Shown here: piece by piece, positions 1 to 8,373 of the stretch
Numbering within the stretch: position 1 is the first letter of the stretch
Layout: the number at the start of each line of letters is the position of its first letter
Assembly (NCBI GenBank): GCA_019358915.1
Contig: JAHHIM010000001.1
Location: 128,001 to 192,000 of the forward strand
Length of the DNA: 64,000 nt
Reading direction: 5' to 3'
Origin: Trichormus sp. ATA11-4-KO1
Lineage (GTDB): Bacteria > Cyanobacteriota > Cyanobacteriia > Cyanobacteriales > Nostocaceae
Position numbers and translations under genes: made by a program
The notes under the pieces: generated by a model
The model's database searches: none
Seen by the model: only the letters and a program-made list of their open reading frames with translations
What the model was told of the DNA's origin: nothing

Positions 1-50
1 CAGGTTGAATATGTCAATACTTAAAAATGGTTGAATAAGTCTGACCTTAT

Positions 51-97
51 AGCAATTTTAGAAATTGCTTGACAAGAGGTTTCGTTTTATGTAGCTT
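51..97 (+). promoter_or_regulatory. sigma70-type promoter with overlapping palindromic operator
   Basis: TTGACA (69-74), 17-bp spacer, TAGCTT (92-97). Inverted repeat AGCAATTT-TAG-AAATTGCT (51-69) abuts the -35. Confidence 0.6.
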
Positions 98-187
98 CAG
101 ATTATACAAATCAGTGAAGCTCAGAGATATAACAAGAATTTGGGCGGCTATAGCTGTATGTCAAAAGTTGTAAATTAGGAGAATACT

Positions 188-385
188 ATGCTTGTCAAAT
201 CGACAAACCTTGAGAAATTAATTGTACTTCTCAAGGATGGTAAATGGCATTCGAGCGATGAATTAGCAGCAAAGGTTAGTTTTCGATTTGGACACACTGT
301 GTTTGAAGCTCGCAAGAAAGGCTACTTTGTTGAAACAAGGCAAGTTGCTCATAACCAATTTCAGTATCGGTTGTTAGCAGCGTAA
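188..385 (+). CDS. small winged helix-turn-helix DNA-binding protein (65 aa)
   Basis: RBS AGGAG before the ATG. The LKDGKWHSSDELAAKV...ARKKGYFVET...YRL pattern resembles BirA/HTH_11-type wHTH domains. Confidence 0.6.
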   Translation: MLVKSTNLEKLIVLLKDGKWHSSDELAAKVSFRFGHTVFEARKKGYFVETRQVAHNQFQYRLLAA

Positions 386-624
386 CCGATTCGATAGCTT
401 ATCAGGGAATTTCTCTAGCTAAATTAGAGAATTCCCTTACAAGAGGGAAGCACAAGCTTGCGGTATTAAGCTCAGGCGTAAGCAGTCTTCATCCCCAACA
501 GCTTGGCTGATGGTTGAGTAAGCCACTTAGAAGGCCACATCTTAAGACAGTAAGTTTTAGTCCAGCTTCCCTCTTTAGAAATTCTGCCACCAATGGTGGC
601 AGAAACTTGAATTAACATTGGAAC
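366..624 (+). ncRNA. putative structured non-coding RNA (strand uncertain)
   Basis: Stems 404-417/425-437, 441-451/565-575 (11 bp perfect), 456-462/477-483, 485-489/544-548 and 582-591/595-604. No ORF in the track. Confidence 0.45.
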
Positions 625-679
625 TTACAAAATTAGTATCTAATTAATTAATTTATTCACCCAACTGGAGAATGAGCAA

Positions 680-1132
680 ATGCAAAATAATAACCCAACA
701 ATTGCAGAACTTACAGAACTTTCCTTACAACTACCTGAAAAAATACCTTACTTAAAAATGTTAGTCCTCTTTGGTTCTAGAGCTACTGGTAATACACACG
801 CAAATAGTGACTGGGATTTTGCTATTTTGTGTGATGAAGAACAGCGTCAGGCTTACACGGAAAATAATATTGGGGGTTTGTTTGAATTACCTATGCTGAT
901 TGGCGAAGTATTGAAAATTAATTCTGACCATATTGATATTGTACAACTTAATCATTGTTCCGAATTAATAGCACATTTTGTTGCTCGTGATGGTCAGGTT
1001 TTATATGAGGATGAGGTGAAAGAATTTGATAAATTTAAACAAAAAGTATTACTGAGTAATTCAGACATCAAAAAAATTGAACATACTAAACGCAAAAATA
1101 TTGAACAGTTTCTAGCAAGATGGGGTGTATGA
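680..1132 (+). CDS. mntA: MNT minimal nucleotidyltransferase antitoxin (MntA-like)
   Basis: LFGSRATGNTHANSDWD matches the GSx10DxD motif; third Asp in IDIV; RBS GGAG; adjacent to HEPN. Confidence 0.9.
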   Translation: MQNNNPTIAELTELSLQLPEKIPYLKMLVLFGSRATGNTHANSDWDFAILCDEEQRQAYTENNIGGLFELPMLIGEVLKINSDHIDIVQLNHCSELIAHFVARDGQVLYEDEVKEFDKFKQKVLLSNSDIKKIEHTKRKNIEQFLARWGV

Positions 1133-1572
1133 AAAATATAGATACTGTAATTATTTCAACTCGATTAGAGTTTATTGTTCGTTACCTTGAGAATTTGAAG
1201 AGATTCGAGGCGATTAGTTGGGATGATTACGTAAATAGCTTTGATACTCAACTAATTATTGAAAGGCTTCTACAATTAATGACTCAAGCGGCGATAGATA
1301 TCAACGACCATATATTGTCAAAGCTAAATCCTGGAAAGTCGCCAACTAACTTTGAGGCTTTTATTGAAATTGGTAAATATGGTGTCATTTCAACCGAATT
1401 AGCAGCACAATTGGCACCATCAGGAGGATTAAGAAATCGGCTGGTTCATGAATATGACGATATAGATCCAACAGAAGTTTTTAAAGCAATTAGTTTCGCG
1501 TTACAACAATATCCGCTTTACGTGCGGCAAATAAATACTTATTTAATTTCATTGGATGTAGATAATGACTAA
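1129..1572 (+). CDS. hepT: HEPN RNase toxin (HepT/DUF86-like)
   Basis: RNRLVHEY matches the Rx4HxY motif. ATGA overlap with the MNT stop favours the 1129 start over 1120. Confidence 0.9.
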   Translation: MKNIDTVIISTRLEFIVRYLENLKRFEAISWDDYVNSFDTQLIIERLLQLMTQAAIDINDHILSKLNPGKSPTNFEAFIEIGKYGVISTELAAQLAPSGGLRNRLVHEYDDIDPTEVFKAISFALQQYPLYVRQINTYLISLDVDND

Positions 1573-4500
1573 AGAAACAAACCCCAAGGAAGAAAATCAA
1601 CAAGTATCTTTGTTTGAAAATAATACTGAAGAAGCGGAAGAATTAGAAGATAATTTCTTAAATCAAGACTTTGGCTTTGATGGTGATTCTTCAGACCGTA
1701 CTATTGAAACTGAAGGCGAATTACTCACACTCAAACTATTGCGAGAGGCAATTCAGGCGCAAAATGCTGATGATCAAGTAATGGCAGATTTTGCCGAGTA
1801 TGTTTTACCAAACTTGCTACGAATAGCCCTTGGTGTCACGGCTAAAGGAGGTAAATTTTTTGATGAAATTGACCAACAACGAGAAGCAGAAGGTAAAACT
1901 AAAGTTAGGCGAGATAATGCAGCTGATCAATCTCTAAATACTCACTTACTCAACGGTTTATTTCCCGCTAACTTAATTGAAAAGCGTTTAGAAAAACTCA
2001 ATACCACAGTGCGGCGAGTGGTGAAAGAAAGAGAACGCCGATTAGTAATTGCTGGGTTTATTTTACATGATTTTGAAAAATTTCCTGATGCACCAGAAGA
2101 TTGTCGTAAGTTACCGTTAGCAGAACATCGTCAAATTATTGATCAAAAAGTTCGCCAGTTAGGACTTGATAAGTTTATTAACCCAGATAATTCAGAAGCT
2201 TATCTGGAGTATTTAGATGATTTGTTGTGCATGGCTTATAATGCTCAACGACGCTGGGATACTAACTGGAATTTTTCGGAATTTGGCTTAAATCCTGTTT
2301 TGAAAGACCGCACCCTTCGCAGTCTGTCTGATTTAACTTGTTTGGCTGATTCTCTCGCCTCAATTGTTAAGCATCCCCAAGATGCAGAAAATACCAGACT
2401 CCAAGAAATTATCCATAATCTGAGTGATGGACAGTTGAAATTTACCTATCACAGCATTGCTGAAAATAGGGGTGTTTTAACTAATGTAGTGAATAATGCT
2501 TTAATTCAGACTCATACCAGTCTCAACACTGATGAAAATATCTACTATGAACCTTTGTTATATCTGCCAACAGGTGTAATTTATCTGGCTTTGCGTAATG
2601 CGCCGCCTATTGCACAAGAAGACTTATCAGACCGTGTAGTTGATAGTATTAAATCACTTTGTGCAGGTCAATTGCGTCTCAGACAAACAGGATTTGGTAG
2701 AGATGGCAAAGGTATGAAATATGCCGAATATTACAATTTATTTTTTGATGACTTAGGTTTAATGCGAGTAGCGTTAGATGCTACATTACGTGTATTAAAT
2801 TCTAATAAGCCTTCGGTTGCTCAAAGTCGTAGTGAAAATCTGATTAAATTTCAGCAACGAAAGGTTTTATCTGCTGATTATGACTTTAAATTTGCAGATG
2901 ATATCCGCATCGACCAAATAGCAGAATTTGGTGATTTAATTAGTAGGAAGATTTGGGAAGAGACTGTTAATCGCATTGACTCTGCTAGGAAGCAAGATAA
3001 AAAACTACCAGCAGTCCCAGATTTAGATTTAACTCACAAAATTGCAGAGTTTTGGAATTTATCAGCATATTTACCCCCAATTCGAGAAATTCAACGCATT
3101 AATGAAAGTCTCAAAGAAAATAAGTTAAAAGGAAATACTGGCGGAGTACCTTATGAATGGTATTACCTTGCGGCTAAATATCTGGAACGTCATCCTGGTA
3201 TTGAAAATGTCCGCGACTCTTGTCAGCAAGTCATCGATTACTTAACAACTTTGATTTCGCCGATTATTTCTCAGTACAACTTACCTGATGGCTGGGATGA
3301 TTTAAGGCTGTGGGTAAATCGCGTTGTGATGTTACCAAATACAAATCAAGAATTAGCAACTGAAACTCAAATTCAAACATTTTTAGATGAGCTAAGTAAC
3401 TACAATGCTGCCAAAAAACCAGGACGAGGACGGCAACTCATTTGCTCAATTTCTCACTCAGCTTACACTGTAACTGAGCAAATGGAATCAGCAGTTTTAT
3501 TTACGCCGCAAGTTTATACAAATAAGCAAATGTTAGGAGGTTCCAATGCCAAGCGTAACATCTCCAGTATTGCTGGTGTGGAGATGATGTTGAGGCAAAT
3601 ATTGATGAATCAAACTCAAGCAGTTGGTAAACGATTTGAAGATGGCAAATATCGCTATCTCTATTTTTACCCTACTTATTACTTCACACCAGAAACTAAT
3701 AAGTTTTTGCAGAAAGCTTACAACGGCATTGCTCAAACTCGCTTTGATACAAGCGTCCGTAATCATTTCATTAGTAAGGATTTACAGGCAAATTTAGCCA
3801 GAGAAAATTATCAAAGTGTAGATAGTTTCTTAATTGACGAAAATCTCCAGGCTGATAAAGACCGCACATTTAAGCTTTCTTATCCTGAAGACCAGCCTTT
3901 AACATTTTACTTCATGGCACTGCCACCAGGAAGAGACAGCACAGATACAGAATCTTGGGTAATGCCTAGTTGGTTAGCCTTTGCTTTCCCGATGATTTTA
4001 GACGTGAAAACAGTGGTTTCTGAGTCGCCAATTCCACCTTTTAATGATGGTTCTGAGTTTGAGGAAAGCGTTTTCTTAGATAGTGCGCCTCATGCTTTCC
4101 GTGCATTGGTAAGACGAGACAGATTTCGTCTTGACTACATCCTTGAAGGTTGGCAAGAAAACGGTATTCAATACCCTGCACCGTTGAATGTGCTTACAGC
4201 CGCCTACGCCATTCACTTAGATGTGAATGCTAGACAAGGTAAAACTGGTTACGATGCCAACTGGGGTAGATTCACAGAACTAGCAAAGGATTTTGAAACC
4301 AGTCCTTTGTACGTTTTCGCTTATCTCAATCGTTGGGTGCGTAACCAAGGAGTGGAAACAGCGCGAATCGAAAAAGTTAGGCTTTATGTCTATCATTTTT
4401 ACCCTTGTTTTGACCCCTATGTTAAATATGAAAAAAATATGGAGCAATTAATTGTGGGAGAAGAATCACACCTGAATCATCCAAAAATTTTAACAGATTT

Positions 4501-4903
4501 ATACCGCCGATTTTATCGGGCAAATAAGCGTTATAATCCCAAATCTAATGCTGTTTTAAAACCCATTGATATTGCAGCCGAAACTATTCTTAAAGCTGAA
4601 TCAAGTGTATTTCAAGGAGAAACATTAGTGGCGGCTGTAGCTGCGGAAGTCTTTAAACTCATGGATCGCGTTCATTCTTCTACTGCTGAGGGACGTTGGG
4701 TAATGAGTAAACGTGAAGAAGAACGGCAAGCTGTTTTAGAGTTTGCTAAATATTTTGTACAGGAGGTATTTGAGAAATCATTTGCAGGCGATCGCGCTCG
4801 TTTAGCAGGTCGCCAACTTAACTTAATTCGAGATACTTGTGAATTTCTTTATCGGCTTGAAGATGACAAAGAAAACGCAGAAAAAGTTGTAGAAACCGAA
4901 TAA
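1565..4903 (+). CDS. cas10d: type I-D CRISPR-associated Cas10d/Csc3 with N-terminal HD nuclease
   Basis: 1112 aa; DQSLNTHLLN and LHDFEK HD motifs; followed by csc2 and csc1. Confidence 0.95.
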   Translation: MTKETNPKEENQQVSLFENNTEEAEELEDNFLNQDFGFDGDSSDRTIETEGELLTLKLLREAIQAQNADDQVMADFAEYVLPNLLRIALGVTAKGGKFFDEIDQQREAEGKTKVRRDNAADQSLNTHLLNGLFPANLIEKRLEKLNTTVRRVVKERERRLVIAGFILHDFEKFPDAPEDCRKLPLAEHRQIIDQKVRQLGLDKFINPDNSEAYLEYLDDLLCMAYNAQRRWDTNWNFSEFGLNPVLKDRTLRSLSDLTCLADSLASIVKHPQDAENTRLQEIIHNLSDGQLKFTYHSIAENRGVLTNVVNNALIQTHTSLNTDENIYYEPLLYLPTGVIYLALRNAPPIAQEDLSDRVVDSIKSLCAGQLRLRQTGFGRDGKGMKYAEYYNLFFDDLGLMRVALDATLRVLNSNKPSVAQSRSENLIKFQQRKVLSADYDFKFADDIRIDQIAEFGDLISRKIWEETVNRIDSARKQDKKLPAVPDLDLTHKIAEFWNLSAYLPPIREIQRINESLKENKLKGNTGGVPYEWYYLAAKYLERHPGIENVRDSCQQVIDYLTTLISPIISQYNLPDGWDDLRLWVNRVVMLPNTNQELATETQIQTFLDELSNYNAAKKPGRGRQLICSISHSAYTVTEQMESAVLFTPQVYTNKQMLGGSNAKRNISSIAGVEMMLRQILMNQTQAVGKRFEDGKYRYLYFYPTYYFTPETNKFLQKAYNGIAQTRFDTSVRNHFISKDLQANLARENYQSVDSFLIDENLQADKDRTFKLSYPEDQPLTFYFMALPPGRDSTDTESWVMPSWLAFAFPMILDVKTVVSESPIPPFNDGSEFEESVFLDSAPHAFRALVRRDRFRLDYILEGWQENGIQYPAPLNVLTAAYAIHLDVNARQGKTGYDANWGRFTELAKDFETSPLYVFAYLNRWVRNQGVETARIEKVRLYVYHFYPCFDPYVKYEKNMEQLIVGEESHLNHPKILTDLYRRFYRANKRYNPKSNAVLKPIDIAAETILKAESSVFQGETLVAAVAAEVFKLMDRVHSSTAEGRWVMSKREEERQAVLEFAKYFVQEVFEKSFAGDRARLAGRQLNLIRDTCEFLYRLEDDKENAEKVVETE
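4454..4903 (+). CDS. cas11d: Cas11d small subunit from internal in-frame translation start (149 aa)
   Basis: In-frame GTG at 4454, 9 nt after GGAG (4441-4444). Internal Cas11d translation is established for type I-D. Exact start is inferred; ATG 4439 is an alternative. Confidence 0.6.
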   Translation: MGEESHLNHPKILTDLYRRFYRANKRYNPKSNAVLKPIDIAAETILKAESSVFQGETLVAAVAAEVFKLMDRVHSSTAEGRWVMSKREEERQAVLEFAKYFVQEVFEKSFAGDRARLAGRQLNLIRDTCEFLYRLEDDKENAEKVVETE

Positions 4904-4962
4904 GTAAATCTTTTATTTTGGTAAACGCAAACCAATAGTAAATCATTCATTGGAGACTAATT

Positions 4963-5973
4963 ATGTCATTTCTCAAAACAGTTGAATCCAAATTTTTTCA
5001 ATCTAAAATTCCCTACAAACCAATGGGTAAATATGTCCATTTTATCACTGTACGCATCACTGAATCTTATCCTCTATTTCAAACAGATGGAGAATTAAAT
5101 AAAGCCAGAGTGAGGGCTGGAGTTCAAGACAAAGCAACAATTAGCCGTTTGTCAATGTTTAAGCGCAAACAGTCTACACCAGAGCGTTTAGTTGGTCGGG
5201 AATTGTTGCGTAACTATGGCTTGATGACTGCGGAAGAATGCGAATATAATGTCAATTTTGCCATGGATAATCCTGATTGTATTATTTACGGTTTTGCTAT
5301 TGGTGATTCTGGTTCGGAAAAATCTAAGGTTGTAGTAGACACCGCATTTTCAATTACCGCTTTTGACGAATCACACGAAACTTTCACTCTTAACGCTCCC
5401 TATGAGAATGGCACAATGGCTTCTAAGGGTGAAAATGGTTCTAAACCTGGTGAAGTTACCAGTCGCATTAATCAGCAAGACCATATTAGACCACAAGTTT
5501 TCTTCCCTAGTATTGTTACCCTCAAAGACCCCACTGAAGCTAGCTTCCTTTACGTTTTTAATAATATCCTCAGAACGCGCCACTATGGAGCGCAAACTAC
5601 CCGTACAGGTCGTGTGAGAAATGAGTTAATTGGTGTTGTATTTGCAGATGGAGAAATTACTAGTAACCTGCGTTGGACTCAAGCAATATATGACCAAATG
5701 AAGGCACAAAAGACAATCAATCCTCCTGATCCTTTGGATGAAGATGATGTAATTACTGCTGCTAAAGGTGCAATTGAGGCTTTAATGGCTGATGAGTTTA
5801 TTGTGCATACTGATTTCATCGGTGAAGCTTTTTCACCTCTGCTGCATGAAGTTAAGAGCCTCGTAGGTGACGAAACAGGAATTAAGGCAGTTTTAGAAAA
5901 AGCTGATGCAGAGGCTAAAGATTATGCCAATACACATATTAGCAAAAAGAAAACTGCTGCTAAGGCTAAGTAA
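4963..5973 (+). CDS. cas7: type I-D Cas7/Csc2
   Basis: FKRKQSTPERLVGRELLR, PDCIIYGFAIGD and YGAQTTRTG motifs; operon position. Confidence 0.95.
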   Translation: MSFLKTVESKFFQSKIPYKPMGKYVHFITVRITESYPLFQTDGELNKARVRAGVQDKATISRLSMFKRKQSTPERLVGRELLRNYGLMTAEECEYNVNFAMDNPDCIIYGFAIGDSGSEKSKVVVDTAFSITAFDESHETFTLNAPYENGTMASKGENGSKPGEVTSRINQQDHIRPQVFFPSIVTLKDPTEASFLYVFNNILRTRHYGAQTTRTGRVRNELIGVVFADGEITSNLRWTQAIYDQMKAQKTINPPDPLDEDDVITAAKGAIEALMADEFIVHTDFIGEAFSPLLHEVKSLVGDETGIKAVLEKADAEAKDYANTHISKKKTAAKAK

Positions 5974-5978
5974 CAGCT

Positions 5979-6686
5979 ATGGCTATGATCTACCGATGTC
6001 AATTAGAACTACATGACAGCCTATATTTTGCTACTCGTGAAATCGGGCGACTTTACGAAACAGAGCCAGTAATTCATAATTATGCTCTCTGTTATGCACT
6101 CGGTTTAGTTGATAGCGAAGTCTACTCTACTATAGTGGCTGAAGAACATTCCTATCGCTATTTTTGCCCTGAACAAGTGCCAAAATATGAGGAGCATTTA
6201 ACACCACTCAATCAACAGGGAATTTACATTACTCCGGCTCGTTCTATCAAACATTCAGCCATTCTCAATACCTGGAAGTATGCTAACAATAACTACCATG
6301 TTGAAATGGAGAAAACACAGAAGAATATTCCTAGCTTTGGTAGAGCAAAAGAAATAGCACCAGAAAGTCAATTTGAGTTTTTCGTTATTTCTCAAAAAGA
6401 CATCAAACTACCAAAGTGGATTCGCTTGGGTAAATGGATGAGTAAGGCTGAGGTGACAGTTACAGAATTGCCGAAACCTAAAACTAATGGAGGAATCTTC
6501 ACCTGTAAACATCCCTTAAACCCTTTAGATGTGATGTTCACTCATCAAGTGATTAGTTACGATGTAGTGAATATGCCTCCAGTTAGTCTAATTCAAAATG
6601 TGCAAATTAGAGGAGAATATTACCAGTTTGATGCTTTAAAAGACTTAAAAATTCCAGCGAGAATGGAATACCGTTTTCGTAGTTAA
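5979..6686 (+). CDS. cas5: type I-D Cas5/Csc1
   Basis: LYFATREIGRLYETEPVIHNYALCYALG and WIRLGKWMSKA motifs. Confidence 0.95.
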   Translation: MAMIYRCQLELHDSLYFATREIGRLYETEPVIHNYALCYALGLVDSEVYSTIVAEEHSYRYFCPEQVPKYEEHLTPLNQQGIYITPARSIKHSAILNTWKYANNNYHVEMEKTQKNIPSFGRAKEIAPESQFEFFVISQKDIKLPKWIRLGKWMSKAEVTVTELPKPKTNGGIFTCKHPLNPLDVMFTHQVISYDVVNMPPVSLIQNVQIRGEYYQFDALKDLKIPARMEYRFRS

Positions 6687-6718
6687 TTACAATTGCTAGA
6701 TTACTCCCCACATCCATC

Positions 6719-7330
6719 GTGAAATACTATCAACAACAACCCAACGCCTTCCCCAGCGACTACTTAAATAACTTGTGGGGAGTAATCCAGGCTTGTCCTT
6801 ACTTTGCTACCAACAACCTTAACCGTGATTTTGTCGCCACTAAAGGATTTTCTGTTGTATTCAAACGATCGCACATCCCCACAGTAGAACAAAAATTCCC
6901 TTACTTCAAGCCATACCTAGATTTAGCTCTCCAAGAGAGTTGTAATGCTTTTTACCTCAATCCTTTACAGCTAAAAGAAGGTTCCCGTGTAGATCCGCAC
7001 ATTGATCGCTCTTTGCGTTCTTACTGCAAAACGGTTGAACCGCCTGCGGTTGTCAGTGTTCTGTATGTGCGATTACCAGAGAATATGGAAGGGGGAGAAC
7101 TACTACTCAAGTCGCACAAACGCCAACTTGGGGAAATTAAGCCACAAGTAAATACATTACTCTACTTTCAAGGTGATTTAACCCACTCCGTCAACGCCGT
7201 GAAAACACCAGGAAATCGCCTGAGTTTGGTTTGTGAACAGTATAGTTTAAGTAATGCTGAACTCGCAGAAATACCAGAGTTTACCATCGAATCAAGAATT
7301 GCTCAATCTACAACAAAAAAACGCAAGTAA
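6719..7330 (+). CDS. 2OG-Fe(II) oxygenase family protein
   Basis: HxD (PHID), distal His (LTHSV), 2OG-binding Arg (NRLSLV), GGEL motif; GTG start. Confidence 0.85.
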   Translation: MKYYQQQPNAFPSDYLNNLWGVIQACPYFATNNLNRDFVATKGFSVVFKRSHIPTVEQKFPYFKPYLDLALQESCNAFYLNPLQLKEGSRVDPHIDRSLRSYCKTVEPPAVVSVLYVRLPENMEGGELLLKSHKRQLGEIKPQVNTLLYFQGDLTHSVNAVKTPGNRLSLVCEQYSLSNAELAEIPEFTIESRIAQSTTKKRK

Positions 7331-7360
7331 TTTCTTGAATTTTTAATTTTTAATTGTTAT

Positions 7361-8200
7361 ATGCCTCATAGCCTTATTCTTAACTTACTCCCTCAGTCGC
7401 CTATTCCATCCCAATATCTCACAGGCAGACATCTACACGCTTTATTTTTAACTCTTGTCAGTTCCGTAGATCGAAAATTAGGCGATCGCTTGCATGATGC
7501 TACCGCAGACAAAGCTTTCACCCTCTCTCCCCTACAAATTAGTAGCGCTAACTCTCCCCTTTTGAAGGGGGGTAGGGGGGGATGTAAACTACAACACTCA
7601 CATCAGCAACCCATTCCAGTCGGAACGCCTTGTTGGTGGCGCATCTCCCTATTAGATGACACACTCTTTAGCCAACTTACCCAACTGTGGCTCAATCTTA
7701 ACCCTAATCATCCTTGGCATCTTGGCCCGGCTGACTTGTATATTACCAGCATTCAAGGTACACCCCAATCTACTCAACCTTGGGCAAATGCCTGTAGCTA
7801 TGCTCAATTATACGAACAAGCCAGCGATCGCGATCGCACAATTGACCTTATATTCTCCACTCCCACTGCCTTCCGCCAAGGAAAATTTGACACTACTCTT
7901 CCCACTAGAGAATGTGTTTTTAATTCTCTAGTTTCCCGATGGAATAAATACAGTGGTATGGAATTTGACCACATTGCTATTGAGTCAATATTTCCCTCTT
8001 TCATCAACATACATACAGAAATATTAGCCGACTCTCGCAGCAAATTTATTGGCATTATCGGAGAAGTTAGTTATCGGATTTTAGGAGAAATTGAACCAAT
8101 ACAAATTAAGCAAATTAATGCTTTAGCTGACTTTGTTTTATATGCAGGAATTGGACGAAAAACCACAATGGGTATGGGGATGGTGCGACGGCGACATTAA
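7361..8200 (+). CDS. cas6: CRISPR-associated endoribonuclease Cas6
   Basis: C-terminal Gly-rich loop YAGIGRKTTMGMG; GRHLHALF; FSTPTAFRQ. Confidence 0.95.
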   Translation: MPHSLILNLLPQSPIPSQYLTGRHLHALFLTLVSSVDRKLGDRLHDATADKAFTLSPLQISSANSPLLKGGRGGCKLQHSHQQPIPVGTPCWWRISLLDDTLFSQLTQLWLNLNPNHPWHLGPADLYITSIQGTPQSTQPWANACSYAQLYEQASDRDRTIDLIFSTPTAFRQGKFDTTLPTRECVFNSLVSRWNKYSGMEFDHIAIESIFPSFINIHTEILADSRSKFIGIIGEVSYRILGEIEPIQIKQINALADFVLYAGIGRKTTMGMGMVRRRH

Positions 8201-8219
8201 CCACAACTTCAACTCAATT

Positions 8220-8361
8220 ATGCAAAATACTGACTAAATTTAAGCATCCCGTCATGCAAAAACAACATACCTATCAAGAATCATTTGAAATTCAAGGCCG
8301 TCTGCTAGCTAAATATCTCATGGGAGAAATTGACAAATATCCCCCATTAGTCATGAAATAA
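8220..8361 (+). pseudogene. cas1: cas4/cas1 deletion scar: last ~42 codons of cas1 fused to a putative cas4 5' stub
   Basis: 8233-8361 translates to TKFKHPVMQKQHTYQESFEIQGRLLAKYLMGEIDKYPPLVMK*, the typical I-D Cas1 C-terminus, directly before cas2. ATG at 8220 reads MQNTD*. Confidence 0.85.
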
Positions 8362-8373
8362 TTAGTCAATTCT

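Noticed and set aside
386..679. Bona fide CRISPR mini-array or retron msr-msd in the structured region
   Set aside because: Repeat similarity is only 8-11 nt, I found no PAM-adjacent seed match to the promoter, and no reverse transcriptase is present. Kept only as an unclassified structured RNA.
1..1564. cas3' helicase of the type I-D system
   Set aside because: No helicase ORF in the window. It may lie upstream of position 1, so genome-level absence cannot be claimed.
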